A stretch of 64,000 nucleotides of DNA, from assembly GCA_015232575.1 (NCBI GenBank), contig JADFZL010000003.1, positions 64,001 through 128,000 on the forward strand, written 5' to 3'. The notes under the pieces are model-generated. The model was not told where the DNA came from and did not search any database. It saw only the letters and a list, made by a program, of their open reading frames with translations. This document shows, piece by piece, positions 1 through 9,811 of this stretch. Both the position numbers and the translations under genes were made by a program. Position 1 is the first letter of the stretch. Every line of letters starts with the position of its first letter. Source of the stretch: Candidatus Rifleibacteriota bacterium. GTDB lineage: Bacteria > Muiribacteriota > Ozemobacteria > Ozemobacterales > Ozemobacteraceae.

Positions 1-189
1 GCAAAAATATTCTTTTTCCGATCAGGTGATAAAAGTTCCCTTTCCGAGGCCATTACAACTTTCTTTTCAAGTGATATCAATGCTTCTTTTAAGGAAGAAC
101 TAAGAAGATCCGCAGAAAAGGTTTTTGGAATAAAAAATATGGTTGAATGTACATTGAATTATTATCAGCATCAGGTTAATAATAATGCC
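1..189 (+). CDS. 3' end of an upstream gene (partial, about 62 codons); product unknown, possibly glycosyltransferase-like
   Basis: Open frame from window start to TGA at 187-189, overlapping the next start by ATGA; only the C-terminal tail is visible. Confidence 0.35.
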
Positions 190-1252
190 TGAAAGATCAA
201 TTCCTGTACTCTATTATCACAGAATCGGAACATCTGATTCAGAGCACCTTAGCACTTCAGCTGCCATGTTTGAGAAGCAAATGCGTTTCATGCATTCTCA
301 TGGATATAAAACCATTGGCCTTGATAAGCTTTTAGGCATTTGTTCCGGCAGGGATTCGTGTTCAGAAAAGTATTTTATGATTACTTTTGACGATGGTTTC
401 TATGATAACCTTGCAAACGCCCATGAAATCCTGAATAAATTTTCCTTCAAAGGGATTGTCTTTGCCTGTTCTGGCCTTGTAAGACCAGAAAATCAGCGAC
501 CATCGACTGAAATATCATTTAACGAAGCACACAAAAATACCAGAAAGGGTGATTTTTCAGCATTTTTGTCCGAAAAAGAAATTTCGGAAATGTATAAAAG
601 TGGTGTATGGGATTTTTATTCGCATACGCATAGCCACAATCAGGTTTTTACTAGTTCAAAAATTGTATCAGTCTTTCCTGATAAAGAAGATCACTGGGGC
701 ATTATTTCTGCTTATAATGCATCTTCAGACAATGTGTCGAATGAATTAGTTTCATTAATGAAGAATAAGGCGTCTCTGCCAGTTTTTGAAAGAAAGCCTG
801 GATTGCTGGCAGAAGCATTTTTTCCGAAAATTTCGGAAATTTCAAAATCTTTTTCATCTAATTCTTCCGAAAAAATCTTTTCTCTCTTGAATACTAAAAT
901 TGATGAAAAGCGTTACTTTTTCCGTGAAACCAATGAAGATTACTTTTCACGTGTAAATAATGAACTTACTTGTTCGCGAAATTTTTTCAAAAAGTATCAC
1001 TCTTCAAAGTCAGATTCCATCTGCTGGCCATGGGGAAAATATCATTTCATGCTTACCGAAATGGCTGATAAAGCTGGTTTTGATAGTGCGTTTTCAACAA
1101 AATCTGGAGCAAATTCATTCGGCACAAATCCTTTTGAAATTTGCAGATTTCCAGTAAAAAAAAATTCCCTTTTTCGTTTTTCAATTGGAATATTGTTAAG
1201 AAGCTATTGTTTATCAGCTAAACTTTATGGTTTTTTTCATGGAAAAATTTGA
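185..1252 (+). CDS. polysaccharide deacetylase (NodB/CE4-like) family protein
   Basis: 355-aa ORF with NodB-type motif 'ITFDDGFYDN' and later 'HTHSH'; typical CE4 layout. Confidence 0.6.
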   Translation: MPERSIPVLYYHRIGTSDSEHLSTSAAMFEKQMRFMHSHGYKTIGLDKLLGICSGRDSCSEKYFMITFDDGFYDNLANAHEILNKFSFKGIVFACSGLVRPENQRPSTEISFNEAHKNTRKGDFSAFLSEKEISEMYKSGVWDFYSHTHSHNQVFTSSKIVSVFPDKEDHWGIISAYNASSDNVSNELVSLMKNKASLPVFERKPGLLAEAFFPKISEISKSFSSNSSEKIFSLLNTKIDEKRYFFRETNEDYFSRVNNELTCSRNFFKKYHSSKSDSICWPWGKYHFMLTEMADKAGFDSAFSTKSGANSFGTNPFEICRFPVKKNSLFRFSIGILLRSYCLSAKLYGFFHGKI

Positions 1253-1294
1253 ATAAACTATGCTGCATAATGACTTGATCGGTGATATAATTAA

Positions 1295-2134
1295 TTGATG
1301 ATAATTTCACCAGAAGATATTATCCGTAAAGCACAGAAGTTTCTTAAAGAGGGAAATAAGCCGCAAAGCGCATTTACAGCTCTTGGTATGGCTTATTTCG
1401 AAAAAGGTCTGCTTGATAAAGCGGTATTTTATTATTCGAAAGCGCTTGAAAGTGATTCTCAGTTTGCTCCAGCCTATGCCGGTCTTGGAATAGTATTTGG
1501 AAAAAAAGGTCTTGTTAAAGAATCAGTATTTAATTTAAAAGAAGCAATCAAACTCTCGCCCAATTGTGCTCTTCTTTACAATTGGCTTGCAGATGCATAT
1601 TTTGATCAGGGTAAAATAGAGGATGCAATTCGTGAATATTCCAAGGCAACAGAACTGGATTCTCTCGATTCAAATGCTCACAATGATTTGGCAGACGCCT
1701 ATCGTATTAAAGGTGATTTCCAAAGTGCGCTGAATTATTACAGGAAGACCCTTGAAATTGATCCAGACGATTCAAATGCAAAAATAGAAATGGCACAGGT
1801 CCTGATTCAGATGAAAGAATGTGAAGAGGCAAAAAAAATTCTAAACTCAGTTATTAACGATCACCCATTATCCGAAGACTGCAGAACCAGTAAGGTTATT
1901 CTGGCATCACTCCTTATACGAGAAGGTGACTATCCGGCTGCCAGAAATCTTTTGACTGAAATCAGTGATTGTTTCCCATTTAATCCGACCATTCATTTTC
2001 ATCTAGCCTTGTGTCAGATTATTCTTGAAGAGCCTCAAAAAGCGATGGAGAATTTAAATAAAACCCTTGATCTTGACCCGAATCATGCCAGAGCACGCAG
2101 ATTGATTCAACAAATAAGTGTAAAAAGGAAATAG
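1295..2134 (+). CDS. TPR-repeat protein
   Basis: Repeated 34-aa TPR-like units (AxxxxGxxYxxxGxxxxAxxxYxKAL pattern occurs at least six times). Confidence 0.75.
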   Translation: MMIISPEDIIRKAQKFLKEGNKPQSAFTALGMAYFEKGLLDKAVFYYSKALESDSQFAPAYAGLGIVFGKKGLVKESVFNLKEAIKLSPNCALLYNWLADAYFDQGKIEDAIREYSKATELDSLDSNAHNDLADAYRIKGDFQSALNYYRKTLEIDPDDSNAKIEMAQVLIQMKECEEAKKILNSVINDHPLSEDCRTSKVILASLLIREGDYPAARNLLTEISDCFPFNPTIHFHLALCQIILEEPQKAMENLNKTLDLDPNHARARRLIQQISVKRK

Positions 2135-2137
2135 AAT

Positions 2138-4477
2138 ATGCAATATTCTATACAGAAAAAACATTCCGGAATGATACTCCTGATAGTAATTGGATGCCTC
2201 GTTTTTACAACTATCGTTTTTTCTTCAATGATTAACAGAGTGAGGCATGAAAGTGGTCTTACAGCAAGAAACTCAATAAATGAAGATCTTTATCAGCTTG
2301 CGCTTGCCATTGGCAGGCTTACTGTGCGTAAGTTGTCAAAAGAAATTCAGAATAAAAATGTTGATCAGAAAGATATTTACGACGCCATTTTTAATGGCAC
2401 GCCGGTAAAAGACAAGGCATATACCAGTATTGATTATCTTGATGTAATGGCTAAACTTCGTACTCGTTACATTGATCTGAAATCAGAGGTTACCCTGTCT
2501 GTAGAATTTGATCCTCAGGGTTTTAACACCACATCAACAACTCCTGGAACTACTTCAATTCCAGATTTGACTCAGCCTACCCTGGAAAGAAAAGGTTCTA
2601 TTACAGTTAAAGTAACTGTTACTGCAAAAAAACATAAAAAAAGCTGTAAACTGATTAAGCAGTTTTTTGTAGTCAGGCTTTTGCCAGCACCATTTCATAA
2701 GTTTACATTGTATTGTACTTACGGAGCTGATCTGAAGCAGTCTGAAGTTAACAGACTTCAAAAATTTGCCGACGATGGAAAACTTTCTGATGCCGATCCT
2801 CCACTGGTTCTTTTTAACAGACCAATCGATCTCTCAAAAGGTGAATTTGATTTTACAAATCTTTCATCTTTCCGAGGTAATTTTAAACCAAAAGACCTCC
2901 CGCAATCAGGTTGGGTTTATCTTGGCGGAGATGGTCAGTCGAAAATCAGCAGTTCTAACCCTGACAAATACCTTGTACTGAATATCTGTTCTGGAGAAAA
3001 AAGTGGTGGAACTATTTCACAGAAGTATTTTGGTGAAGCGTTTCATTTTTTCTATGAAGATGGCTCCAAGGGATGGCTTGGTACACCAGAGTGGAGCACA
3101 TGGATGGCTTCAACAAAACCAACTTTAAACGGAAAAATGATTATGACGTTTGTTGATTATGGTTTATATGAAGACATGTTTACAAATAAAACGGCTTTTA
3201 ATGGACAGCCTCTTTTTACTTATGCGCTTGAAGTCTATAAAACATCAAGTAATCCGGTTTTTCAGGGTCAGGTCTGGGACAAGACTAATGCGCTTCATTT
3301 ATTTGGAGTTCCAACTGCGGTAACACCAACACTTGTTTTTGGTCAGGTCAAACGCAGATATATGCGGACTTTTGCCTTCTATTTTGCGGATATTTCAAAA
3401 GTATATCCGATCAGATGGGATATGGCTGTCAGATATTGGGCTCCAAGTGCGGCAGATTCATTTTATAACAAGGAATTATTGCCCTATTTGACTGCAAGAG
3501 GCTCTTCAATGGCGAATCCACCACTGAATGCTGATGTTGACGATCTTTTAAGTAAAATTTCTTACAAAAACTTTGGTATTCCGGATACTGGCAACAGAAG
3601 CCCAATAGGTCCCAACTTTAATCAGCATGAATCATACATGGAGGCTTTGAAAAACATAGCAAGTCCTGATGATCCGACTAAAACCGTTGAAAGCTTGCTG
3701 CCTGATGTCATGTCAAATTATCCGAAAGATAAAATCGGCAAAAAAGATTTTCAGTTTTCCAACGATAAGCAGTTGCTTTATAACGGCCGAATCGATAGTC
3801 TGGCAAATTTCCCTACGAACTATCTTGGCCCAAAAATCAGCTATTTTATCAAAGAACCATCTAAAACACTTAATATTGTCAGCCCAACAGCATCAAACAT
3901 TGAACCGCCGTATCAGTTCCTCTTAGATAAGCAGATTTTATCAGCAGATCCATCCGGAAATCGGCTTATAATGTATCTTGACCAGATAATTAAAGTAGAG
4001 GGAGATATAAATATTAAATATCCAATACGTGTTCAGCGTGGTGGAATAATAATCTGTGATGGAAAAATTACTCTCTATGAACCAATACACAGTCTTTTCA
4101 AAGCTGATACAAGCATTAAACTGAATAATGATGATTATGGTCTTGTAACCCTTATTGCAAAAGGTGGAATAGTAATAAATTCTAAAAGTTTCAAGGAAAA
4201 ACTTCCTAATGAAGTTTACCCTGAAGTTCATGCAATCATGATAAGCCTTAATAGCGGAACTGGAAATATTGAAGTCGATGGTCCTGTGCATATAAAGGGC
4301 GCGGTAGCAATCGACCGGCTTGATCGTCCGACAGGCAACAATCTTCTGGCCAAAGGTGGAATCATAGAATGGGGGTTTGATCCAGCTGAATTTGTTTCGG
4401 GTGATCCGATTGATTCCAAGAGCTATTATGGCTTTGCAATGGGTCCGCGCGATTACGAAATTGTTGAAAGTGAATAA
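2138..4477 (+). CDS. large N-terminally membrane-anchored hypothetical protein (779 aa), probably extracytoplasmic
   Basis: Long uninterrupted ORF with an N-terminal hydrophobic helix (ILLIVIGCLVFTTIVFSS); no recognisable catalytic motif; stop is 4 nt after the TPR gene. Confidence 0.55.
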   Translation: MQYSIQKKHSGMILLIVIGCLVFTTIVFSSMINRVRHESGLTARNSINEDLYQLALAIGRLTVRKLSKEIQNKNVDQKDIYDAIFNGTPVKDKAYTSIDYLDVMAKLRTRYIDLKSEVTLSVEFDPQGFNTTSTTPGTTSIPDLTQPTLERKGSITVKVTVTAKKHKKSCKLIKQFFVVRLLPAPFHKFTLYCTYGADLKQSEVNRLQKFADDGKLSDADPPLVLFNRPIDLSKGEFDFTNLSSFRGNFKPKDLPQSGWVYLGGDGQSKISSSNPDKYLVLNICSGEKSGGTISQKYFGEAFHFFYEDGSKGWLGTPEWSTWMASTKPTLNGKMIMTFVDYGLYEDMFTNKTAFNGQPLFTYALEVYKTSSNPVFQGQVWDKTNALHLFGVPTAVTPTLVFGQVKRRYMRTFAFYFADISKVYPIRWDMAVRYWAPSAADSFYNKELLPYLTARGSSMANPPLNADVDDLLSKISYKNFGIPDTGNRSPIGPNFNQHESYMEALKNIASPDDPTKTVESLLPDVMSNYPKDKIGKKDFQFSNDKQLLYNGRIDSLANFPTNYLGPKISYFIKEPSKTLNIVSPTASNIEPPYQFLLDKQILSADPSGNRLIMYLDQIIKVEGDINIKYPIRVQRGGIIICDGKITLYEPIHSLFKADTSIKLNNDDYGLVTLIAKGGIVINSKSFKEKLPNEVYPEVHAIMISLNSGTGNIEVDGPVHIKGAVAIDRLDRPTGNNLLAKGGIIEWGFDPAEFVSGDPIDSKSYYGFAMGPRDYEIVESE

Positions 4478-4568
4478 ATCATAGCTTTCAGATAATTATA
4501 TTTCCCTTTTTAAACTTGAATTTTCTGATAATAAAAAAAACTTATTCTGGGGACAACGGTATTAATAA

Positions 4569-5150
4569 ATGAGTACAGATTCAATTAATGAAGACAAGAA
4601 TCTTATTCTGAAGATACTTGACGGTGAAGGCTCTTTGTACTCTGTTATTGTAACAAAGTATGAAAGGCTGGTTTATAGTTATCTTCTTCCGCAGCTGAGA
4701 ACATTGCAGGAAGTAGAAGATCTTTCTCAGGAAACATTTCTTAAGGCCTACAGGCATCTTGGATCATTTGATGTAGAGAAGAAATTTTCTTCATGGTTGA
4801 TGAAAATAGCCAAAAACCTGCTTATAGACTATAACAGGAAGAAATCATTACTACCAAATACAAATAATACAACAGAAAATTATGAAGATAGTTCGGAAAA
4901 ATTCAAAAACTCAGAAACTTTTTCCCCTTATCAACGTATAGAATTAAAAGAGGAGTTCAAGTCTACTTTCAAAGATATACTTTTGTTACCGGAAGAAATT
5001 CGTATTCCTTTCCTTCTAAGGGTTATCCAGGAACTTAGTTACGAAGAAATCGCTGAAATACTTGATATACCCCTGCAGACGGTGAAAAATCGTATTTTTA
5101 AAGCTCGACAGGCTTTAAAGGAAAAGAGGAAAAGCAATCATGAAATGTAA
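4569..5150 (+). CDS. ECF-type RNA polymerase sigma-70 factor
   Basis: Sigma region 2 ('ETFLKAYRHLGSFD') and region 4 helix-turn-helix ('QELSYEEIAEILDIPLQTVKNRIFKARQAL'). Confidence 0.85.
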   Translation: MSTDSINEDKNLILKILDGEGSLYSVIVTKYERLVYSYLLPQLRTLQEVEDLSQETFLKAYRHLGSFDVEKKFSSWLMKIAKNLLIDYNRKKSLLPNTNNTTENYEDSSEKFKNSETFSPYQRIELKEEFKSTFKDILLLPEEIRIPFLLRVIQELSYEEIAEILDIPLQTVKNRIFKARQALKEKRKSNHEM

Positions 5151-6156
5151 TCTTGATGAAAAGCTTTATCGATTTCATGATGGCGACCTTTCTTCACAGG
5201 AAGGTGCTGAATTTCAGAACCATCTCGGAAAATGCAATTTCTGCCAGAAAGAACTCTACGAAATCCAGGAACAGGAAAGACAGTTCAGGGAAGTTGTTGC
5301 GAGAGTTTTTCCCTCCGGGCAAATGGCTGACTCTGTCATGAGGCGCATAGCTCAGGAGATGCCGATGTTGTACCCAACACCCAGAAAGTCTTTTGACTGG
5401 TTCCAATGGTTTAAATTTCTGGTTCCAGCCATGGCGCTGGTTTTTGGAATGCTTGTTTTCAATAATTTATCTCAAAAACACGTATTTGCTGTGCCCAGGT
5501 CATTTATCTCGATAGAATCATTGAGAAATGACTGTCAATTGAATGGATCACATTTTTCCAAAGGTGATCAGAAAGTCTCTGAATTAAATAAAGAATTTGA
5601 TTTCGAGGGAATTCTTGAATTTGCAATAACCCGCGGAATCGCGAAAAGTCCTGATGCAAGCTGTTATGGCGATTTTGAATCTGTTGAGAAGCTTCAGAAA
5701 ATTACAATAGATGGAAATGGAAAATTTAAGCTTTTTTCTGATTCCCTGGTCTGGGTAAGCGGTGATGCTGAACTTGATTTCAAATTAACGAAACCAATCA
5801 TTGTCAAAGCTGGAAATGCTGATTTTGAAATTACCGGGACGAGGTTGAAAATTTCCGGATCTTCTGAAAATGATCTTTCTGTGACCCTTATTGAAGGTAC
5901 AGTGTTATGGACAGTTGCAAATGAAAAAAAATCTGGTATACTTATTAAAGGGATTCCTTTGAAAAGAAAGGGTGATTCATGGAGTTATAGTTTTACCAGC
6001 CCCTCTTCACAGCCTTCTTCTTTGAACTCGTCACCTTCGAATTTTCCTGAAACGCCCAAATATGAACCAGGGGAAATAACCGGCACATCTGTAAAAGATA
6101 ATCCATTTGAAGAAAATGATGTTGCACCAGATTTTAAAAACAAGGATATGAAATGA
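5140..6156 (+). CDS. anti-sigma factor (zf-HC2 type) with a transmembrane segment and an extracytoplasmic domain
   Basis: Start overlaps the sigma gene stop; N-terminal 'HLGKCNFCQKE' zinc-finger anti-sigma motif; central hydrophobic helix (FKFLVPAMALVFGMLVF). Confidence 0.6.
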   Translation: MKCNLDEKLYRFHDGDLSSQEGAEFQNHLGKCNFCQKELYEIQEQERQFREVVARVFPSGQMADSVMRRIAQEMPMLYPTPRKSFDWFQWFKFLVPAMALVFGMLVFNNLSQKHVFAVPRSFISIESLRNDCQLNGSHFSKGDQKVSELNKEFDFEGILEFAITRGIAKSPDASCYGDFESVEKLQKITIDGNGKFKLFSDSLVWVSGDAELDFKLTKPIIVKAGNADFEITGTRLKISGSSENDLSVTLIEGTVLWTVANEKKSGILIKGIPLKRKGDSWSYSFTSPSSQPSSLNSSPSNFPETPKYEPGEITGTSVKDNPFEENDVAPDFKNKDMK

Positions 6157-6683
6157 AGTTTTCAGGTAGAATAGCATTTTCGATGATTGAGTTACTTGTT
6201 GCCATTTTATTTATTTCTTTTGCCTTTCTTCCGATTTATAATCTTTTCAGGTTTGGGCAAAGGGGCACTTGGAGTAACGAAAAAGAAATTATTGCAACGA
6301 ACTATGCAGGTGATCTGATAAATTTTATGAAGGAACTTAATGTAACGAGTCTTGATAAAATATTTCTCCCAGATGCAGAATCCAAAGAGTTGAAAATGAC
6401 AGAGCAGGAGTTTAAAGGTCGTTTAAGCAAGATTAAATTGGCGCCGCCAGTATCTACTGTGGTTGATCCGACACAATTTGTTCGATCGGTTACAGTTCAG
6501 AAATTTGATGGAAGGCCAAAATCGTCGAGTGTTATCGGAACAGTTGTTGGATGGGTGAAAGAGCTATGGAACAAAAGAGTTGGTGTTCAACATTATCTGG
6601 TAACTGTCACTGTTGACTATCACAAGGAAGGGATGAGCATGGGGCAGGATATTGTTACGCTGTCAACACTTGTAATGGAATAA
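6153..6683 (+). CDS. prepilin-type N-terminal cleavage/methylation-domain protein (pseudopilin-like)
   Basis: N-terminus 'GRIAFSMIELLVAILFISFAF' is a class-III signal-like motif (xFxxIELLVxI); ATGA overlap with the preceding gene. Confidence 0.6.
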   Translation: MKFSGRIAFSMIELLVAILFISFAFLPIYNLFRFGQRGTWSNEKEIIATNYAGDLINFMKELNVTSLDKIFLPDAESKELKMTEQEFKGRLSKIKLAPPVSTVVDPTQFVRSVTVQKFDGRPKSSSVIGTVVGWVKELWNKRVGVQHYLVTVTVDYHKEGMSMGQDIVTLSTLVME

Positions 6684-6687
6684 GGAA

Positions 6688-7260
6688 ATGGTTTTCAGAA
6701 AAAGGGCTTTTACTTTAATAGAAGTGATTTCGCTATTTATCATCGTGACTATGGTCATGGGGGTTTTGTACAAGATATTTTCTGGAACATGGATGAACTT
6801 TTTTAAGACTCAAACCAAATTGACGAATTTGCGTTCAGCCTGTTTACTTCTGGAATATCTGAAACATGATATCAGGTTATCAGACAGAACAGGTGATTAT
6901 AAGTTAGCTACACAGCCATGGGATTTCAACTTTTCGATCCGGGATTCAAAGGGAAATTTGAAAAAGGTGATTTATGACTTTGATGGCAAGGTTATAAAAA
7001 GAAATGAAGGCGGTGGAGCGAAGATAATAAGTCAGGCAAAAGTTGCAAAGTTCGATATGGCAACTACAGCAATTGGAAGCCAAACGTGCTTAAACATCAT
7101 AATTGAGGTTGATGCAGAAAAAGGCGAAGTTGCTGAAGCCAATAGAACAAATTCTTCAAAAGGGAATAAAATGACTCTTTCGGCGAGCCTCTTTCCACCG
7201 TTTTTGCAGAAGAGCAGCATGGATAAGGAAGAGGAATATTGGTATAATGCCAGAAAATAG
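6688..7260 (+). CDS. prepilin-type N-terminal cleavage/methylation-domain protein (pseudopilin-like)
   Basis: N-terminus 'KRAFTLIEVISLFIIVTMV' matches the prepilin motif; begins 5 nt after the previous gene. Confidence 0.6.
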   Translation: MVFRKRAFTLIEVISLFIIVTMVMGVLYKIFSGTWMNFFKTQTKLTNLRSACLLLEYLKHDIRLSDRTGDYKLATQPWDFNFSIRDSKGNLKKVIYDFDGKVIKRNEGGGAKIISQAKVAKFDMATTAIGSQTCLNIIIEVDAEKGEVAEANRTNSSKGNKMTLSASLFPPFLQKSSMDKEEEYWYNARK

Positions 7261-7278
7261 AATTCAGGGGGTGAAGGG

Positions 7279-7770
7279 ATGTTAGGAGCTGAGAAAAAGT
7301 TTGTTGCCTGTCTTTCTCTGGTTGTTGTTTTTTCTATTTTTATTGGAATTCCAGCATGGGCCATGAAAGTACATATCATGGTGGCCGGTGATACCCTCTG
7401 GGAGCTATCTCAGCTGTACTACGGAGAGCCAACACTTTATCAAGTTTTTCTTAAAGTCAACCGTATTACCAATCCGCGTACAATTCCTATCGGAACGCGT
7501 ATTAAAGTGCCAGGTTTTGACCAAATGAAAAAGCTTGCTGCGATGGTAGACCCTAAGGAGATTGATGATTATATCAGTAAGCTTAACGGAGAGCAGGCAT
7601 CTCAAGATACCTCTGGAAATACCTCGGGTTCTGGAAATTCAGGAAATACCTCCCAAGGTAGTAGTTCTATGAAGCAAGTAGACAGAAGTGGTATGAGTTT
7701 CCGGAAAGTTCTTGAGGGACCAGAAACATCTGCAAGCTTGGCAACTGTTTCCAGTTTTATTAAAGAATAA
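7279..7770 (+). CDS. LysM-domain secreted protein with a low-complexity S/G/N tail
   Basis: Signal-like N-terminus; LysM consensus 'HIMVAGDTLWELSQLYYGEPTLYQVFLKVNRITNPRTIPIGTRIKVP'; RBS GGGGGTGAAGGG before the ATG. Confidence 0.7.
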   Translation: MLGAEKKFVACLSLVVVFSIFIGIPAWAMKVHIMVAGDTLWELSQLYYGEPTLYQVFLKVNRITNPRTIPIGTRIKVPGFDQMKKLAAMVDPKEIDDYISKLNGEQASQDTSGNTSGSGNSGNTSQGSSSMKQVDRSGMSFRKVLEGPETSASLATVSSFIKE

Positions 7771-7784
7771 TTATTGTTGTGCAA

Positions 7785-7842
7785 TCAAAAGCTCTGCCGG
7801 AGCAAAGAATAAATATGTTGCTCCGGCAGAGCTTTTGATTTG
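7785..7842. terminator. perfect 21-bp inverted repeat (TCAAAAGCTCTGCCGGAGCAA / TTGCTCCGGCAGAGCTTTTGA) with 12-nt loop, followed by TTTGG; rho-independent terminator or palindromic operator
   Basis: Read directly from sequence, 15 nt after the LysM gene stop. Confidence 0.7.
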
Positions 7843-8017
7843 GTGCGTTCCTGAAATATGTAGTTTTTTGTAACTGATGTGCAGTCATTTCCCCCAAATA
7901 ATTGAGCAGTTACACTGTTTCTTTGAATATCTTCTTGACATTGTACAATAAAAGAGCTATAAGTATTAAGTTATGCTGTTTTTTTCCGACCTATTGTATG
8001 AGTGGTAAGTATTAATT

Positions 8018-8135
8018 ATGTATTGAGTATCGGTTTATTTAGTATCAGTAATTGTATATTGTTTTTCTGTTCTTTGTTTATCAGGTATTTAGTTTTAGAG
8101 TATCGGTGTTATAAGATCATAAGGAGTATTGAGTA
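8018..8135 (+). promoter_or_regulatory. AT-rich promoter region with direct repeats of (T/A)GAGTATCGGT (8023, 8096) and ATTGAGTATG (8123) upstream of the M14 peptidase gene
   Basis: Repeated decamers seen in sequence; AAGGAG RBS at 8114. Confidence 0.4.
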
Positions 8136-9601
8136 TGAAGAAAAGTCTGTACCGGTATTATTTTTCAGTATCTGTTTTTTCAGTTTTTATTATACTTTTT
8201 TCCTTGCCAGTTTCGGCAGAAAAAAGCCTCGTCCGATTCGACAATCTCACTCAGGACCAAATTGCTTTTTTTCATGAAAACGGCTTTGATGTCCCCAAAA
8301 CAGGCAGAGATTATGTTGAAGTTGTTGTTGATTATTCCGATGAATCGCTCAACGGAAGCAAATTACCAGGAAAAAGCAGTGTAATTATACCCGACCTTGA
8401 TGAATATGTTTCCAATATTTTGTCAAGTCAAACCAGAGAAAGAGCCTATTTCTCATTCGAAACTATGACCGCACGTCTCCAGGAGTGGTCAGAACAATAC
8501 AGCGAAATTGCATCGCTTTCTTCCATTGGCAAATCATGCGAAGGAAGAGACATCTGGGCGCTGAAAATCAGCGACAACCCTAAAGTTGACGAGAAAGAGC
8601 CATCTGCACTCATCGTTGGCGGTACACATGCCCGTGAGTGGATATCAGTTGAAGTTCCAATGGAGTCAATAAAAAGGCTTCTTGAAAGTTATGGAAAAGA
8701 TGAAAAACTCACCTCTCTTGTAAATGACAGGGAAATCTGGTTTGTTCCAATGCTTAATCCAGACGGACTTGTTTTTTCTCAGACAAAGAGTAAATACTGG
8801 CGAAAAAACCGAAGAAAAATTGATTCATCATCTGCTTATGGGGTCGATTTAAATCGCAACTACGGCTATAAATGGGGCGAATCTGGTGCAAGCACATCCC
8901 CGTCAGCAGACACTTACATGGGAACAGCTCCCTTTTCTGAACCTGAAACTTGTGCAATTAAAGCCCTTACAGCAAGAGAACATTTCCAGGCAAGTATTTC
9001 GTTCCACAGTTATTCTGAATTGATTTTATATCCATACAGTTACGCCAAAAATATTTCCTGCCCGGATAATACAACATTTGTTAAATTGTCAGGCGAGATG
9101 GCAAAATTTAATTCTTATACCCCTCAAAACAGTGCTGATCTTTATCCAGCTGCTGGTGAATCAGATGATTTTATATATTCAGAACACAAAACTCTTGCTT
9201 TTACTTTCGAGCTTGCTACAACTTTTATTCCTGCTGTTACCCAGATTGAAAACATCTGCAATCAAAATGTCCCGGCAGTTTTTCACCTCATCGAGAAAGC
9301 CGGAACTTATGCTCTTACCACACCAAGCGGAGATATAGATATTTGCAGAAATCTTGATTCAAAAACAGCTTTTCAGGCGCTTTGCGATGGAAAAGAGTTG
9401 TCTGAATCGTTGCCATTCGAATTGAAATATCTTTGCCAGGAAAGAATGAGTGTAATAGAAGACAGACTTGCCTCTCTTTCCGCTGATTCCTCTTCAGACT
9501 TCAGTGAATCGTTGCAGGCAGTCATTTCAGAATCTGCAGGCTTTGAAAGCCTCAAGAAAAAAATCTCAGACTCCAGGAAATTTGCATCATTACACAGATA
9601 A
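8129..9601 (+). CDS. secreted zinc carboxypeptidase, peptidase M14 family
   Basis: Signal peptide; M14 zinc-ligand motif 'GGTHAREWIS' (HxxE) and downstream 'SFHSYSELILYPY'. Confidence 0.8.
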   Translation: MSMKKSLYRYYFSVSVFSVFIILFSLPVSAEKSLVRFDNLTQDQIAFFHENGFDVPKTGRDYVEVVVDYSDESLNGSKLPGKSSVIIPDLDEYVSNILSSQTRERAYFSFETMTARLQEWSEQYSEIASLSSIGKSCEGRDIWALKISDNPKVDEKEPSALIVGGTHAREWISVEVPMESIKRLLESYGKDEKLTSLVNDREIWFVPMLNPDGLVFSQTKSKYWRKNRRKIDSSSAYGVDLNRNYGYKWGESGASTSPSADTYMGTAPFSEPETCAIKALTAREHFQASISFHSYSELILYPYSYAKNISCPDNTTFVKLSGEMAKFNSYTPQNSADLYPAAGESDDFIYSEHKTLAFTFELATTFIPAVTQIENICNQNVPAVFHLIEKAGTYALTTPSGDIDICRNLDSKTAFQALCDGKELSESLPFELKYLCQERMSVIEDRLASLSADSSSDFSESLQAVISESAGFESLKKKISDSRKFASLHR

Positions 9602-9646
9602 AGAAAAGGCTTCGTAAAACACCACTAATAGCTTTGCAGTGAAAGT

Positions 9647-9694
9647 GAAATCCTCTCTCAAATTATTATTTTGAGGGAGGATTTCATTTTTTTG
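9647..9694 (+). terminator. rho-independent terminator (GAAATCCTCTCTCAAA-loop-TTGAGGGAGGATTTC followed by T-run)
   Basis: 15-bp stem with one G-T wobble, T7 tract. Confidence 0.7.
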
Positions 9695-9811
9695 TCTTTT
9701 GTGATAAGCTGACGAAGTAATACGCTTCCCGAAAAGTTATTTGGTGTATTTCTACTGTGTGTATTATTATTTCGGGGTTGTTAGATATACTCAACGGGAG
9801 ATGATCAACAC

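Noticed and set aside
3941-4291. 116-aa and other antisense ORFs inside the 779-aa gene (similarly 7032-7379, 10348-10701, 12357-12761, 13819-14404, 17786-18115, 46436-46831)
   Set aside because: All are antisense shadows of long, motif-supported genes. Their I/N/F/Y-rich composition is typical of AT-rich reverse frames.
8002-8277. 91-aa ORF overlapping the M14 promoter and start
   Set aside because: AT-rich and low-complexity, out of frame with a well-supported gene. No RBS.
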